64,000 nt of DNA, from positions 26,917 through 90,916 of the forward strand of contig PNNH01000100.1 in the NCBI GenBank assembly GCA_013824165.1. Direction: 5' to 3'. Numbering within the stretch: the first letter of the stretch is position 1; each line of letters starts with the position of its first letter. This document shows positions 36,006 to 47,472 of the stretch, one piece after another. The position numbers and the translations under genes are program-made. This DNA is from Methylibium sp. GTDB lineage: Bacteria > Pseudomonadota > Gammaproteobacteria > Burkholderiales > Burkholderiaceae_C. The notes beneath the pieces are model-generated. The model was not told the DNA's origin, ran no database searches, and saw only the letters and a list, made by a program, of their open reading frames with translations.

Positions 36006-37202
36006 TCACGCAGCAGAGCCCCAAGGGGCAGGCCCTTGCCTGAGCTGTCGTGCCCGGCGCTTGCGCCACCACAGATAGACGCCGCTGGCGCTCAGACCGG
36101 CCACGGCCAGCCCCAGCAGAAGTAACAGCAGCTGGTAGGGGCGCCCCCCCACCGTGCCCAGATGCAGATTGATCAGCCAGCTGGAAACCGTATCGCCGGC
36201 TGCCGCGCCACGCGGCAGGAACAGGCCCAGGGGCGCACCACTGCGCGCGTCCAGCCAGAGCCGGGTGGCCCCGCGCCGCTGGTTCAGATCCCGGTCTGTG
36301 AGCAGGCGCAGTTGGTAGAGGTCTGTGCCGGGGCGGCGGCTCAACTCCACTTCCTGTTCGATGCGAAAGCCCCGGTCCCGGGCCGCGTCGGCGGCGTGTT
36401 GGCGCGCCAGGGCCAAGGCCGCAGCCCAGCCCAGCTCGGGCGAGTCGGCAGCACTGCTCGGACGCTGGGGCCCGGGCTGGTGCGCGAACAGGCGCTGCAT
36501 CAAGGGGCTGTAGGCCGCGTCCAGATTGAAGGACACCGAGGACCAGGCCAGCACGAAGAGCAGAGCCCAGGGCCACAGTCCGCCGGCCCGGTGGAAATCG
36601 AAGAGTCGCTTGTGCCAGCCGGCTTCGCGCCAGCGCAGGCGCCAGGCCGGCGCCCAGCGCACCAGGCGGCGCGGCCCGCGCGGAGGCAGGGTCAGCCAGG
36701 CGCCCACCAGGCAGTCCAGCGACCAAAGCATGGCCACCATGCCCAGAGCCAGCTTGCCCCATTCGCCTAGAGCCAGCGACTCATGCAGCCGGTAGACAAA
36801 GGGCATGAGTCCGGCGCGCCAGCCTTGGTCGAAATGACCCCAATGGCGCGCTCCCAGGATCTCGCCGTTCCAGGGATCGACGAAGACTTCGTCCATCGCC
36901 AGATGCGCGACGCCGGGCCGGGGCGCCAGCCAGAAGCGCTGGGCCTCGCCCGGCCGAACCTGCAGGGGCAGCCAGGGCAGCTGCGCCTCGGGATGAGCCT
37001 GCAGGACCCGCTCGCGCAGCAGCAGGGGATCCAGCGGTGCCTGGGTGGCTGGGCGCAGGGGCACGCGGAGCCACTGCGGGTTCAGGGCCGCATCGATCTC
37101 CTGCTGGAACACCAGCAGGCTGCCACTGAGGCCGGCCAGCAGCAGGAAGCCTGCCGTGCTCAGGCCCAGCCAGCGGTGCAAGCGCAGCAGCCAGGCGCGC
37201 AT
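36006..37202 (-). CDS. PepSY-associated TM-helix protein (PiuB-like iron-regulated membrane protein)
   Basis: The protein starts MRAWLLRLHRWLGLSTAGFLLLAGLSGSLLVFQQEID and also contains FHRAGGLWPW and LHLGTVGGRPYQ. The ATG overlaps the receptor stop (TGATG). Confidence 0.85.
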   Translation of the reverse strand: MRAWLLRLHRWLGLSTAGFLLLAGLSGSLLVFQQEIDAALNPQWLRVPLRPATQAPLDPLLLRERVLQAHPEAQLPWLPLQVRPGEAQRFWLAPRPGVAHLAMDEVFVDPWNGEILGARHWGHFDQGWRAGLMPFVYRLHESLALGEWGKLALGMVAMLWSLDCLVGAWLTLPPRGPRRLVRWAPAWRLRWREAGWHKRLFDFHRAGGLWPWALLFVLAWSSVSFNLDAAYSPLMQRLFAHQPGPQRPSSAADSPELGWAAALALARQHAADAARDRGFRIEQEVELSRRPGTDLYQLRLLTDRDLNQRRGATRLWLDARSGAPLGLFLPRGAAAGDTVSSWLINLHLGTVGGRPYQLLLLLLGLAVAGLSASGVYLWWRKRRARQLRQGPAPWGSAA

Positions 37203-39595
37203 CAGAACTGTCGCGTCAGGTTCAGGCGCACATCGCGGCCGTAGCCGAGCACGCAGAAGTCCTTGCCGCCCGGCATCAGATTGCACTGGGTGAGGTAGTG
37301 CTTGTCGGCCAGATTGCTGATGTTCAGCGCGGCGCGCCAGGTCTGCCGCTCGCCCCAGCGGTAGCTCAGCATCGCGTCGGCCAGGGTGTAGCCCTCGTTG
37401 CGCAGCTGGCTGCCATCCGCCTGGCGCACATCGCCGGGCGCGCTGGAGATATGGCGCAGGCCCAGGCCCAGCTGCCAGTCCCCCAGGGTGTAGCGGCTCC
37501 ACAGGGCCATGCTGTGGCGCGGGGTGGCGGGCGGCTGCGCGCCCTGCTCTCCGGGCAGCTGGCTCTGCAGCACCTTGGCGTCCAGCCAAGTGTATTGGGC
37601 CTGGACCGAGAGCTGGCGCGCCAGCTCGCCGCTGAGCTCCAGCTCCAGGCCGCGGCTGCGTACCTCGCCGGTCTGCACTTCCAGGCGCGGATTGCTCCTG
37701 TCGGGCGTGCGAACATTGCGCTTGCGCAGCTCGAAGAGCGAGGCGGTGGCGCGCCAGCGGGCGTCCGCGGGCTGGTAGCGCGTTCCGGCTTCCCACTGGC
37801 GGCCGGTCTCGGGCTGGAATTCCTGGCCCAGGGCATCCTTGGCAGTGGTGGTGCTCATGACCGGCTGGAAGCTGCTGGAGATGCTCAAAAAAGGCGACCA
37901 GCCTCTGGGCGAGAGATGCACCAGACCCAGGCGGCCGCTGAAGGCCGTGTCGTCGCGGCGGTGCTCGCTGCGCTTGAAGGAATCGCTCGCGCTCAGGCGC
38001 GCGTCGTAACTTGTGTTGGTCCGGGCCTGGTCCCAGCGGCCGCCCAGACTGGCGACCCAGTGCTCGCCGAGCTTGATCTGGTCTTGTGCATACAGGCCTA
38101 TCTGGCTGACGCGCGCCACGGTGCGGTCGGCCAGGTAGTTGTCCAGCCAGTTGATGGCGGTGTAGACGGGGGCGACCAGGTCCAGCGGGTCCACTCCCTT
38201 GTTCAGCGAGTGGATGCGCAGGTCCAGGGTCGAGCGGTAGTAGTCCAGGCCCAGGGCCAGTTTGTGCGAGAGCTCACCGGTCCTGAGCTCGGCCTCCAGC
38301 CGGGTATCCAAGTTCAGAGAGTGCTCCTTGTCCGGGCGGTACATGGCCAGGCGGCGGATGCTGCGGCCGTCGGCCTGCAGGCCGCGGTTGCGCATGTCGC
38401 GGCGCTCGTTCTGGGCGTCCATGAAGCGCAGGTTCTGCACCAGCTTGAGGGTGGGGCTGAGCTGGTGCTCCAGCGCGTAGCCTATGGCGTTGCTGCGCTT
38501 GTCCTGGCGGCCATCGGGGCCGCTCACATTCAGGTCCTCGCGCGCCGGGCCGGCCGGAGTCTGACGGAAGTAGGGGATGACATAGCCGGTGCTGCCGCTC
38601 TGGTGCTGGGCCATCAGGGTGAGGCTGGTGCTGCCCCTGGTCCAGCTCAAGGCCGGGGCCAGGTAGAGTCGCTCATCCGGCAGCCCGGACCACTGGGTAT
38701 CGGCATCGCGCGCGAGCGCGGTGAAGCGCCACAGCAGGCCCTGTTCCGGCGCGCCCAGCACCCCGCCCACGTCCAGAGTCAGCTCGCGGCGCTGGTGGCT
38801 GCCCAGCTCCACGCCCAGCTCCTGGGTCAGCTGTGCCTGTGGGCGCTTGGTGATGGCGTTGAGCACCCCGCCCGGCGCGGCCTGGCCGTAGGTCACGGAA
38901 GCCGGGCCGCGCAGCAGCTCCAGTCGCTCCAGCCCGTAGGGCTCCAGGTTGGACATGAAACCGTTGTGGATGAAGCGCAGGCCGTCCCGGTAGGTACCAG
39001 CCCCGGTGAGCCAGAAGCCGCGCAGCGCCATATCGTCGTCGGTGATGGTGTAGTCGGCCGGGCGCACGCCAGGGGCATAGCGCACCGCCTCGGCGATTGA
39101 GCTGACCGCCTGGTCGCGCAGCAGCTCGGCCCCCAGCACCGAGATGGCCTGGGGTGTTTCCTGGATGCTCAGGGCCAGCTTGCCGGCCGAGGCGCTGGTG
39201 CCGGCCAGATAGCCCGCCAGCGGTGCACTGGGATCGGCCGCCACGCGTGCCCGCACCAGAGGCAGGGTTGGCTCGGCGGTGGCGCTGCTCAGCACCAGGG
39301 TTCGGCCCTCGATACGGCCGTTCAGGCCGCTGCCGGTCAGCAGGCGTGCCAGGGCCGCCTCGGCTTCCAGCCAACCGCGCAGTGCGGGGGCTTGGCGACC
39401 CTGCAGCAGGGCCGGGTCGGCCAGCAGCTGCAGACCGGCCTGGCGCGCCAGGCTGTGAAGGCTCTGGTCAAGGGCCTGTGCGGGCAGGCTCAGATCCAGG
39501 GCCTGGGCACAGGCCAGCTGGGTGCACAGGGCTGCGGCTGCAGCCACGAGCAGGCGACGGCCCGCGGGACGGGCGAGGTAGGGGGAAAGGGTCAT
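37202..39595 (-). CDS. TonB-dependent siderophore receptor/transducer with N-terminal STN signalling domain
   Basis: It has a signal peptide, an STN domain (LDLSLPAQALDQSLHSLARQAGLQLLADPALLQGRQAPALRGWLEAEAALARLLTGSGL), plug and barrel regions, and a terminal ...LNLTRQF. Start is ATG 39595. Confidence 0.9.
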   Translation of the reverse strand: MTLSPYLARPAGRRLLVAAAAALCTQLACAQALDLSLPAQALDQSLHSLARQAGLQLLADPALLQGRQAPALRGWLEAEAALARLLTGSGLNGRIEGRTLVLSSATAEPTLPLVRARVAADPSAPLAGYLAGTSASAGKLALSIQETPQAISVLGAELLRDQAVSSIAEAVRYAPGVRPADYTITDDDMALRGFWLTGAGTYRDGLRFIHNGFMSNLEPYGLERLELLRGPASVTYGQAAPGGVLNAITKRPQAQLTQELGVELGSHQRRELTLDVGGVLGAPEQGLLWRFTALARDADTQWSGLPDERLYLAPALSWTRGSTSLTLMAQHQSGSTGYVIPYFRQTPAGPAREDLNVSGPDGRQDKRSNAIGYALEHQLSPTLKLVQNLRFMDAQNERRDMRNRGLQADGRSIRRLAMYRPDKEHSLNLDTRLEAELRTGELSHKLALGLDYYRSTLDLRIHSLNKGVDPLDLVAPVYTAINWLDNYLADRTVARVSQIGLYAQDQIKLGEHWVASLGGRWDQARTNTSYDARLSASDSFKRSEHRRDDTAFSGRLGLVHLSPRGWSPFLSISSSFQPVMSTTTAKDALGQEFQPETGRQWEAGTRYQPADARWRATASLFELRKRNVRTPDRSNPRLEVQTGEVRSRGLELELSGELARQLSVQAQYTWLDAKVLQSQLPGEQGAQPPATPRHSMALWSRYTLGDWQLGLGLRHISSAPGDVRQADGSQLRNEGYTLADAMLSYRWGERQTWRAALNISNLADKHYLTQCNLMPGGKDFCVLGYGRDVRLNLTRQF

Positions 39596-39694
39596 CTGAG
39601 TAACTCCGAAAACAAGAGGCGTCGTGAACAGAAACGACGCAGATGCGCCCATCCCTCATGTTTTTGACTTGACGCGACGAAGTGCGTGACGGCT

Positions 39695-40996
39695 TCAGTC
39701 CTCCCGCAGCGCCAGATGCCAGCCTCCATCGGGGCGCGTGCGCCACAGCAGGCCGTGGCTGGTCGGCAGCAGACGCAGCCACTCTTGCAGATGCGGCAGA
39801 TGCACCCTGGCGCTGACGCGCTGGCGACCCGCCTCGGGCGACCAGGACAGGGGGCGTGCCAGATATCGGCTCAGGCGCCCCAGCACCTCGTCCAGCGGGC
39901 GGGCCTGGAATTCGAGCCAGCCCTTGCGCCAGGGCGCCACAGTGCGGACCGCTTCGCTAGGACCGGCTTGGCCGGGCGACTGGCGGTCTCGCAGGCGAAG
40001 CTGCTCGCCGCCGCGCAGCTCGCGGTGATCACCGTTGACCTGGCTCAGGCGCACCCGGCCATGCTCCACCGCCACCCGCAGGTCCACGCCCTCCAGCCCG
40101 AGCTCAAAGGCCGTACCCAGCACACGCACGCTGTAGGCCCCGGCCTGGATGATGAAGGGGCGCTGCGCGTCGGGCTGGACCGAGAGGTAGACGTTGCCGC
40201 GCACCAGGCGGGCCTGGCGCAGCCCGGCGTGCCAGCGCCAGTGCAGCTCGCTGTCGGCATCCAGGCGAAGCTCGCTGCCATCGGGCAGGCGCTGGTCCAG
40301 GAACTGGGCCCTTTGCGTGAACAGGTGGTGCTCGGCCAGTGCGGGGCCGACCGCGGCCAGCAGCTCGCTGTCTGAGCGCTCGGCCCGCCACTGCCGCCAG
40401 CCCAGGCCGCCGGCCAGCAACAGGGCGCTTCCGCCCAGCAAGCCCGAGAGGGCCTGGCGTCGGCGTCTCGGCGTACGGGGCTCGCCGCGCCAGTGCAAGA
40501 GGGCCCCATGGACCGCATCCATGGCTTGGCTCATATCGCGTTCCACGGTCTTGACTGAGACGCCATGCCGGCGCGCCAGCTCCTCCTGGGCCAGCCCATC
40601 CAGCCGGTGGGCCAGCAGGATCTCGCGGCAGCGCGCCGGCAGGCCATCCAGGGCACGCTCCACCGCGCCGACTGCCTGGCGCAGAGACAGGGAGCGCTCC
40701 AGATCTGGACGGGGATCCGGGACGTCCGCTGGCTCTTCGGTCTCGCTGCCGAGGCCGTAGCGGGATCCGCGCTGCCGGCGTCGCAGATGGTCCAAGGCCA
40801 GATGATGGGCCACAGCGTAGAGATAGGCGCGCTGCTGCTCCGGCACGCTGCCGGGCAGTTCGGGCGCGGCCTCGGCCACGCGCAGCCAGGTCTCGTGGGC
40901 CAGCTCGCGAGCGGTTTCGGTGCAGCCGACCCGTCGGGTCAGGAAACGCAGTAGGTTCTGATAGCTTTGCTCAAAGCCCAGCAGCAGAGCACTCAT
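39695..40996 (-). CDS. Hybrid ECF sigma factor (FecI-like) fused to a TM segment and a FecR-like periplasmic domain
   Basis: This is one uninterrupted frame. The order is sigma region 2 (ARELAHETWLRV), region 4 (LAQEELARRHGVSVKTVERDMSQAM), a TM segment (ALSGLLGGSALLLAGGLGW), a FecR domain (RLVRGNVYLSVQPD...FIIQAGAYSVRVLGTAFEL) and a C-terminal signalling domain (RPLDEVLGRLSRY). Confidence 0.8.
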   Translation of the reverse strand: MSALLLGFEQSYQNLLRFLTRRVGCTETARELAHETWLRVAEAAPELPGSVPEQQRAYLYAVAHHLALDHLRRRQRGSRYGLGSETEEPADVPDPRPDLERSLSLRQAVGAVERALDGLPARCREILLAHRLDGLAQEELARRHGVSVKTVERDMSQAMDAVHGALLHWRGEPRTPRRRRQALSGLLGGSALLLAGGLGWRQWRAERSDSELLAAVGPALAEHHLFTQRAQFLDQRLPDGSELRLDADSELHWRWHAGLRQARLVRGNVYLSVQPDAQRPFIIQAGAYSVRVLGTAFELGLEGVDLRVAVEHGRVRLSQVNGDHRELRGGEQLRLRDRQSPGQAGPSEAVRTVAPWRKGWLEFQARPLDEVLGRLSRYLARPLSWSPEAGRQRVSARVHLPHLQEWLRLLPTSHGLLWRTRPDGGWHLALRED

Positions 40997-41076
40997 GGCA
41001 GGGCTTGCCGTGGCAAGCGGCCTCCGACACAGGGCGCACGCGAGGGATTGGACACAGGATGCGGACCGATTCAATT

Positions 41077-41096
41077 GAGAATGATTCGCATTATAG
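41077..41096. promoter_or_regulatory. Fur box upstream of the sigma-FecR gene
   Basis: The minus strand reads cTATAATGCGAATCATTCTC. It matches GATAATGATAATCATTATC at about 15 of 19 positions. It lies about 80-100 bp upstream of ATG 40996 in an unusually AT-rich patch. Confidence 0.7.
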
Positions 41097-41414
41097 TTAT
41101 TGCGCCGGATTTTGCCGAGCCGGGGAGCCCCAAGGCATGCGCGCGCTGGGGCGAACGGCTGCGCTCTCGACAGGCTCCAGCGCCGGGTCTCCCCAGGAGG
41201 TGGGCTAAGGCGGGTGATGGGTGCAGACGATGCGGGTTGCGGAGCGGACGATCTCGCGCTGCAGCGCCAAGCCGCGCGCCGTGCCCGGTCCCGGTCCCGG
41301 TCATGCGCGCATGCGCAGCTGCCGCTGTCCCTGGCGGTTCGGCAGCGCGTGAAACGGCCCGGTGGCCCCGACCGCGCTCGCCGCCGGGTGCCTGGGGCGT
41401 TGCGGTCGCCGGCT

Positions 41415-43127
41415 TCAGTCCAACCCGGCTGCTAGCACTTCCTGCCGTCCCTGCGCAAAGGCCTGCGCATGCTGTTGCCAAATGGTGGGCCCTTCCGACA
41501 GGGCGCGGACTACGCAGCTCGCGCTGGCGCCCCGGGCGGCGGCGCCATGCGTGCGGGCTGGGCTCAACAGGCCGCCTATTGCCACCACCGGTACGCCGGC
41601 CATCGCCACCCAGTGGCGCAGCTGGCCCAGGCCCTGCGGCAGCCAAGGCATGTCCTTTGTGCTGGTGGGCCAGATCGGCCCGCAGGCGATGTAGTGCGGT
41701 GACAGGCCGCGGGCGCGGGCCAATTCCCACAGGCTGTGGCTGGAAAGCCCGAGCTTCAGGCCTGGCGTGCCGAGAATGTGCGCGCGCTCATCGGTCGTGA
41801 GCCCAGCCCAGTCTTCCTGGCCCAGATGCAGGGCCCTGGCATCTTGGTCCAGCGCGAGGCGCCAGTGGTCGTTGATCCAGATCTGGCAGCCGCTGCTGGT
41901 CGGGACGGCGCTCACCGCCGCGGCAATGAGCCGCCGGAGATCCACACCCGCCCCGGCCTTGATGCGCAGCTGCAGGTGGGCAAAGAGCCCGGTAGCGGCC
42001 AAGGCGGCCAGCTGCGCGGGATCGCTGCTGATGCCGTAAAGCCCCGGTTTGAAACGCGGCACGTTGTCAGGCGGCAGGGTGCCCTGCAGGACGCGCTGCC
42101 AGCGCGCCAGCGTGACGGTGCTGGGCGAGAGCTCGTCATCAAAGCCCATCACCGGCATGCTCTGCGCCTGTTCGATGAAACGCGCATCCGCGCGCACCGG
42201 CCCGGCGCCCGCGCCGGCCGCATGGCCCTCGTGCATGGCTTGCCAGACCAGGCGCTTGGCCAGCAGCAGCGCGTCGGGCATGGCAAAGCCGCGCGCCAGC
42301 GCGGCGGCGGCAGCGCTGGCAAAGCTGCAGCCGGTGCCATGGTTGTGCGGTGTGGACAGCCGCGGCAGGGCGAGCCAGCCTTGCACCGGCGTGTTGGGCA
42401 GGGCACGTGCCTGCACCCAATCCAGGGCCAGGGCCTCGGTACCGGCTGCGAGCCTGAGGTCGTCGCCTCCGGTGATGCAGACCTGCAGGCGCTGCGGGCC
42501 GAAGTGCTGCACCAGTGCGGCGGCAAGCTCAGGTGTGCTGGGCGCGTGCGCATCGTCCGGGCTTAAGCCCAGCAGGATCAATGCTTCGCGCCGATTGGGT
42601 GTAAGCAGATCGCAACGCGGAAGCAGCGTGCTGCGGTAGGCCTGCAGCAATGCCTCATCGCAGAACGCCGCGCCGCCAGCGCTGGCGCCCAGCACCGGGT
42701 CGACTACCAGCATGACGCTGCCATGGCGCGCGCGCAGCGCGTCGATGCAGTCGGCCACCGCCTGCACCGCGGCGACGCTGGCCAGCAAGCCGGTCTTCAA
42801 CACCCGTGGCAGCAGGTCGCCGACGAGCGCGTCGAGCTGGGCCCGAATCTGCTCGCTCGGCAGCGCGAACACCGCCTGCACGCCGCGCGAGTTCTGTGCG
42901 GTGACCGCCGCCACGACCGGGCACAGATGAACCCCAAGCGCGGCGGCGGCGCGGGTGTCGGCGCTCAGCCCGGCGCCACCGCCGCCGTCGGTGCCGGCGA
43001 TGCTCCAGACGATGGGCGGGGTCGGGTCTTGCGTCCAGTCGGGCAGCGATTCCAGCTCGGGATCGACGGTCTCGGCCCAGGGCGAGGGCAGGCTGGGATG
43101 CGGCCTCAGCATGTGCGGGTCCCTCAT
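41415..43127 (-). CDS. thiDE: Bifunctional hydroxymethylpyrimidine/phosphomethylpyrimidine kinase (ThiD) fused to thiamine-phosphate synthase (ThiE)
   Basis: The ThiD part reads IAGTDGGGGAGLSADTRA...VLKTGLL...HGTGCSFASA. The ThiE part reads GLYGIS...LQLRIK...GPIWPTSTK...VAIGG. ATG 43127 overlaps the thiG stop (ATGA). Confidence 0.88.
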   Translation of the reverse strand: MRDPHMLRPHPSLPSPWAETVDPELESLPDWTQDPTPPIVWSIAGTDGGGGAGLSADTRAAAALGVHLCPVVAAVTAQNSRGVQAVFALPSEQIRAQLDALVGDLLPRVLKTGLLASVAAVQAVADCIDALRARHGSVMLVVDPVLGASAGGAAFCDEALLQAYRSTLLPRCDLLTPNRREALILLGLSPDDAHAPSTPELAAALVQHFGPQRLQVCITGGDDLRLAAGTEALALDWVQARALPNTPVQGWLALPRLSTPHNHGTGCSFASAAAAALARGFAMPDALLLAKRLVWQAMHEGHAAGAGAGPVRADARFIEQAQSMPVMGFDDELSPSTVTLARWQRVLQGTLPPDNVPRFKPGLYGISSDPAQLAALAATGLFAHLQLRIKAGAGVDLRRLIAAAVSAVPTSSGCQIWINDHWRLALDQDARALHLGQEDWAGLTTDERAHILGTPGLKLGLSSHSLWELARARGLSPHYIACGPIWPTSTKDMPWLPQGLGQLRHWVAMAGVPVVAIGGLLSPARTHGAAARGASASCVVRALSEGPTIWQQHAQAFAQGRQEVLAAGLD

Positions 43128-43930
43128 GGCTGGCCGAGTAGAAAGGGATGGCCGCCAACCGGCGTGCTGGCCACCGCGAAATCCTGCGGCGCCATCAGCC
43201 CGGCTCGCCAGGCGGCGCGGCCGGCCTGTACCGCTGCGCAGAAGGCACCGGCCATCGTTACCGGATCGCGGGCCTGCGCCACGGCCGAGTTCAAGAGCAC
43301 CGCGTCGAAGCCCAGCTCCATCGCCTGTGCCGCATGCGAAGGCGCGCCGAGGCCGGCGTCGACCACCAGCACCGCCTCCGGCAGACGCTCGCGCAGCGTG
43401 CGCAGGCCGTGCAGATGCAGCAGTCCCTGGCCCGAGCCGATCGGCGCACCCCAGGGCATCAGCAGTGCGCAACCGGCATCATCCAGCAGGCGGCGGCACA
43501 GTACCAGGTCCTCGGTGCAGTAGGGGAACACGGTGAAGCCCTCGCGCACCAGCTGGCCGGCGGCATTCAGCAGCTCGAAGGGATCGGGCTGCAGCGTGTG
43601 CTCGTCGCCGACCACCTCGAGCTTGATCCAGTGTGTGCCGTAGAGCTCGCGCGCCATCTGCGCCAGCTGGATCGCCTCGCGCGCCGTGCGGCAGCCGGCG
43701 GTATTGGGCAGCAGGTGTGCGCCCTGGGCCTGGGCCACTGCCAGGGCCTGGGCGACGAAGCCGTTGTCGCCGCCTTGTGCCAGCGTGCGCTTGAGGCCGA
43801 CGGTGATCAGTTGCGTGCCGGAGGCGCGTATCGATTCTGTCAGCACCTGCGGACTGGGGTAGCCGGCGCTTCCGAGGAAGAAGCGGCTGGCGAGGGCCAC
43901 GCCGTCGATGATCAATGGGTCCTGTCTCAT
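43124..43930 (-). CDS. thiG: Thiazole synthase
   Basis: The protein contains LPNTAGC, IKLEVVGD and PWGAPIGSGQGL. Confidence 0.93.
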   Translation of the reverse strand: MRQDPLIIDGVALASRFFLGSAGYPSPQVLTESIRASGTQLITVGLKRTLAQGGDNGFVAQALAVAQAQGAHLLPNTAGCRTAREAIQLAQMARELYGTHWIKLEVVGDEHTLQPDPFELLNAAGQLVREGFTVFPYCTEDLVLCRRLLDDAGCALLMPWGAPIGSGQGLLHLHGLRTLRERLPEAVLVVDAGLGAPSHAAQAMELGFDAVLLNSAVAQARDPVTMAGAFCAAVQAGRAAWRAGLMAPQDFAVASTPVGGHPFLLGQP

Positions 43931-43934
43931 ACGC

Positions 43935-44153
43935 TCAGCCTCCGACGATGGGTTTGAACAGCAGCACTTGATCGCCGTCGCTCAAGAGGGTCGCTGCTCT
44001 AGCGTCGCGCGCAACGAACTGCCCGTTCAGCGCGGTGGCCACGCTCTCGGGTGCGCACTGCAGCAGCGCAAGAAAATGGGCCAGGCTGCTGCCGGTCGGT
44101 AGGGAATGCGCCTGGTCTTCGAGGTGAATGGTGAGGGTGGTGGATGTGCTCAT
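43935..44153 (-). CDS. thiS: Sulfur-carrier protein ThiS
   Basis: The protein is 72 aa and ends in ...LLFKPIVGG. The start overlaps the thiO stop. Confidence 0.85.
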   Translation of the reverse strand: MSTSTTLTIHLEDQAHSLPTGSSLAHFLALLQCAPESVATALNGQFVARDARAATLLSDGDQVLLFKPIVGG

Positions 44154-45187
44154 GGGGTTTCCAGGCTGGCCAGTTCGCTGGCGCTCAGCAGCTGCTGCAC
44201 CAGCGCAGGGGCGAGCAGCCAGCCGTGGCGGTACAGGCCGTTCAGGCGCAGCAGGCCGGGCTCGGCCTGCGCGTGGGGCAGGTTGTCGGGCAGGGCGGGG
44301 CGCAGATTGCGGTCCAGCCGGGTGATGCGGGCTTCCGAGAGTTGCGGCAGCACGCTATGCGCAGCGGCCATCAGCTCGACGGCGCTTTGCAGGCTGACGG
44401 GGCTGCGGTCTTCGCTCTCGATCTCGCTGGCGCCCACCAACAGCTCATGCGCGCTGCGCGGCACCAGGTAGACACGGTGGCGCGGATGCAGCAGGCGCAG
44501 CGGCCGCTGCAGGCCGTGGCCGGGCAGCGTCAGGGCGACGATCTCGCCGCGTACGCCGCGCAGCGGCAGGGTCGGCCTTGCGCCCAAGCCGCGGGTGTCG
44601 ATGGCCCAGTCCGCCGTGAGGCGCTGGCCGTCGGCCAGCGTCAGTAGGCCGGGCTGCACATCAAGCACCGGCTGCCGCCAGTGCCACTGCACCCCTGCGG
44701 CAGCGGCGTGCAGCGCGGCCATGGCCTGCACCGGATGGATCAGCCCCTCGCCGGGCAGCAGCCAGCCGCTCAGTCCGGGCGCCAGCGCGGGTTCCAGCGC
44801 GCGCAGGTCGGCGGCGTCCAGCGCCTGCGCGCCGGGCATGCGTGCCAGCGCACGCGCAGCCGCACCGCGGTCGCCGCCATGGGCCAGCAGCAGGCTGCCA
44901 CCCCGCTGCAACGCGGGCCGGCTTGTATCGGGCAGCGCCGCGACGATGCCTGGCCACAGCGCCAGCGATTGCCAACCCAGCGCCGCCAGCCCGGCGCCGC
45001 CGGCTTCCTGTTCTGCTAGTGGGCTGAGCATGCCGGCAGCGGTGAAGGCCGCGGCGCCCTGGCCGTCGAACAGCGGCTCGGGGCCGTGGCCGACGTCGAA
45101 CACCGACACCTGATGGCCGGCGCCTGCCAGCGACCAGGCGAACAGGCGACCGGCCAGGCCGGCGCCCGCAATCGCGATATGCGCCAT
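44150..45187 (-). CDS. thiO: Glycine oxidase (FAD-dependent) ThiO
   Basis: The dinucleotide fold reads MAHIAIAGAGLAGRL. Position in the thi operon supports the call. ATG 45187 is preceded by GGAGCAGG. Confidence 0.85.
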   Translation of the reverse strand: MAHIAIAGAGLAGRLFAWSLAGAGHQVSVFDVGHGPEPLFDGQGAAAFTAAGMLSPLAEQEAGGAGLAALGWQSLALWPGIVAALPDTSRPALQRGGSLLLAHGGDRGAAARALARMPGAQALDAADLRALEPALAPGLSGWLLPGEGLIHPVQAMAALHAAAAGVQWHWRQPVLDVQPGLLTLADGQRLTADWAIDTRGLGARPTLPLRGVRGEIVALTLPGHGLQRPLRLLHPRHRVYLVPRSAHELLVGASEIESEDRSPVSLQSAVELMAAAHSVLPQLSEARITRLDRNLRPALPDNLPHAQAEPGLLRLNGLYRHGWLLAPALVQQLLSASELASLETP

Positions 45188-45198
45188 GGGCCTGCTCC

Positions 45199-47420
<2,222 letters not shown>

Positions 47421-47472
47421 CAGTATAGGGGGCTTGAGCGAGCGGATGCGGGCTGCGCGTCCATGAAAGAAT

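Noticed and set aside
40967-41800. Plus-strand ORFs (277 aa and others) covering the 41075-41414 intergenic region and the thiDE 3' end.
   Set aside because: Their composition is Arg/Pro/Ala-rich and they have no SD. They overlap the Fur-box promoter region and the thiDE coding sequence. I judge the interval to be non-coding promoter/terminator space.
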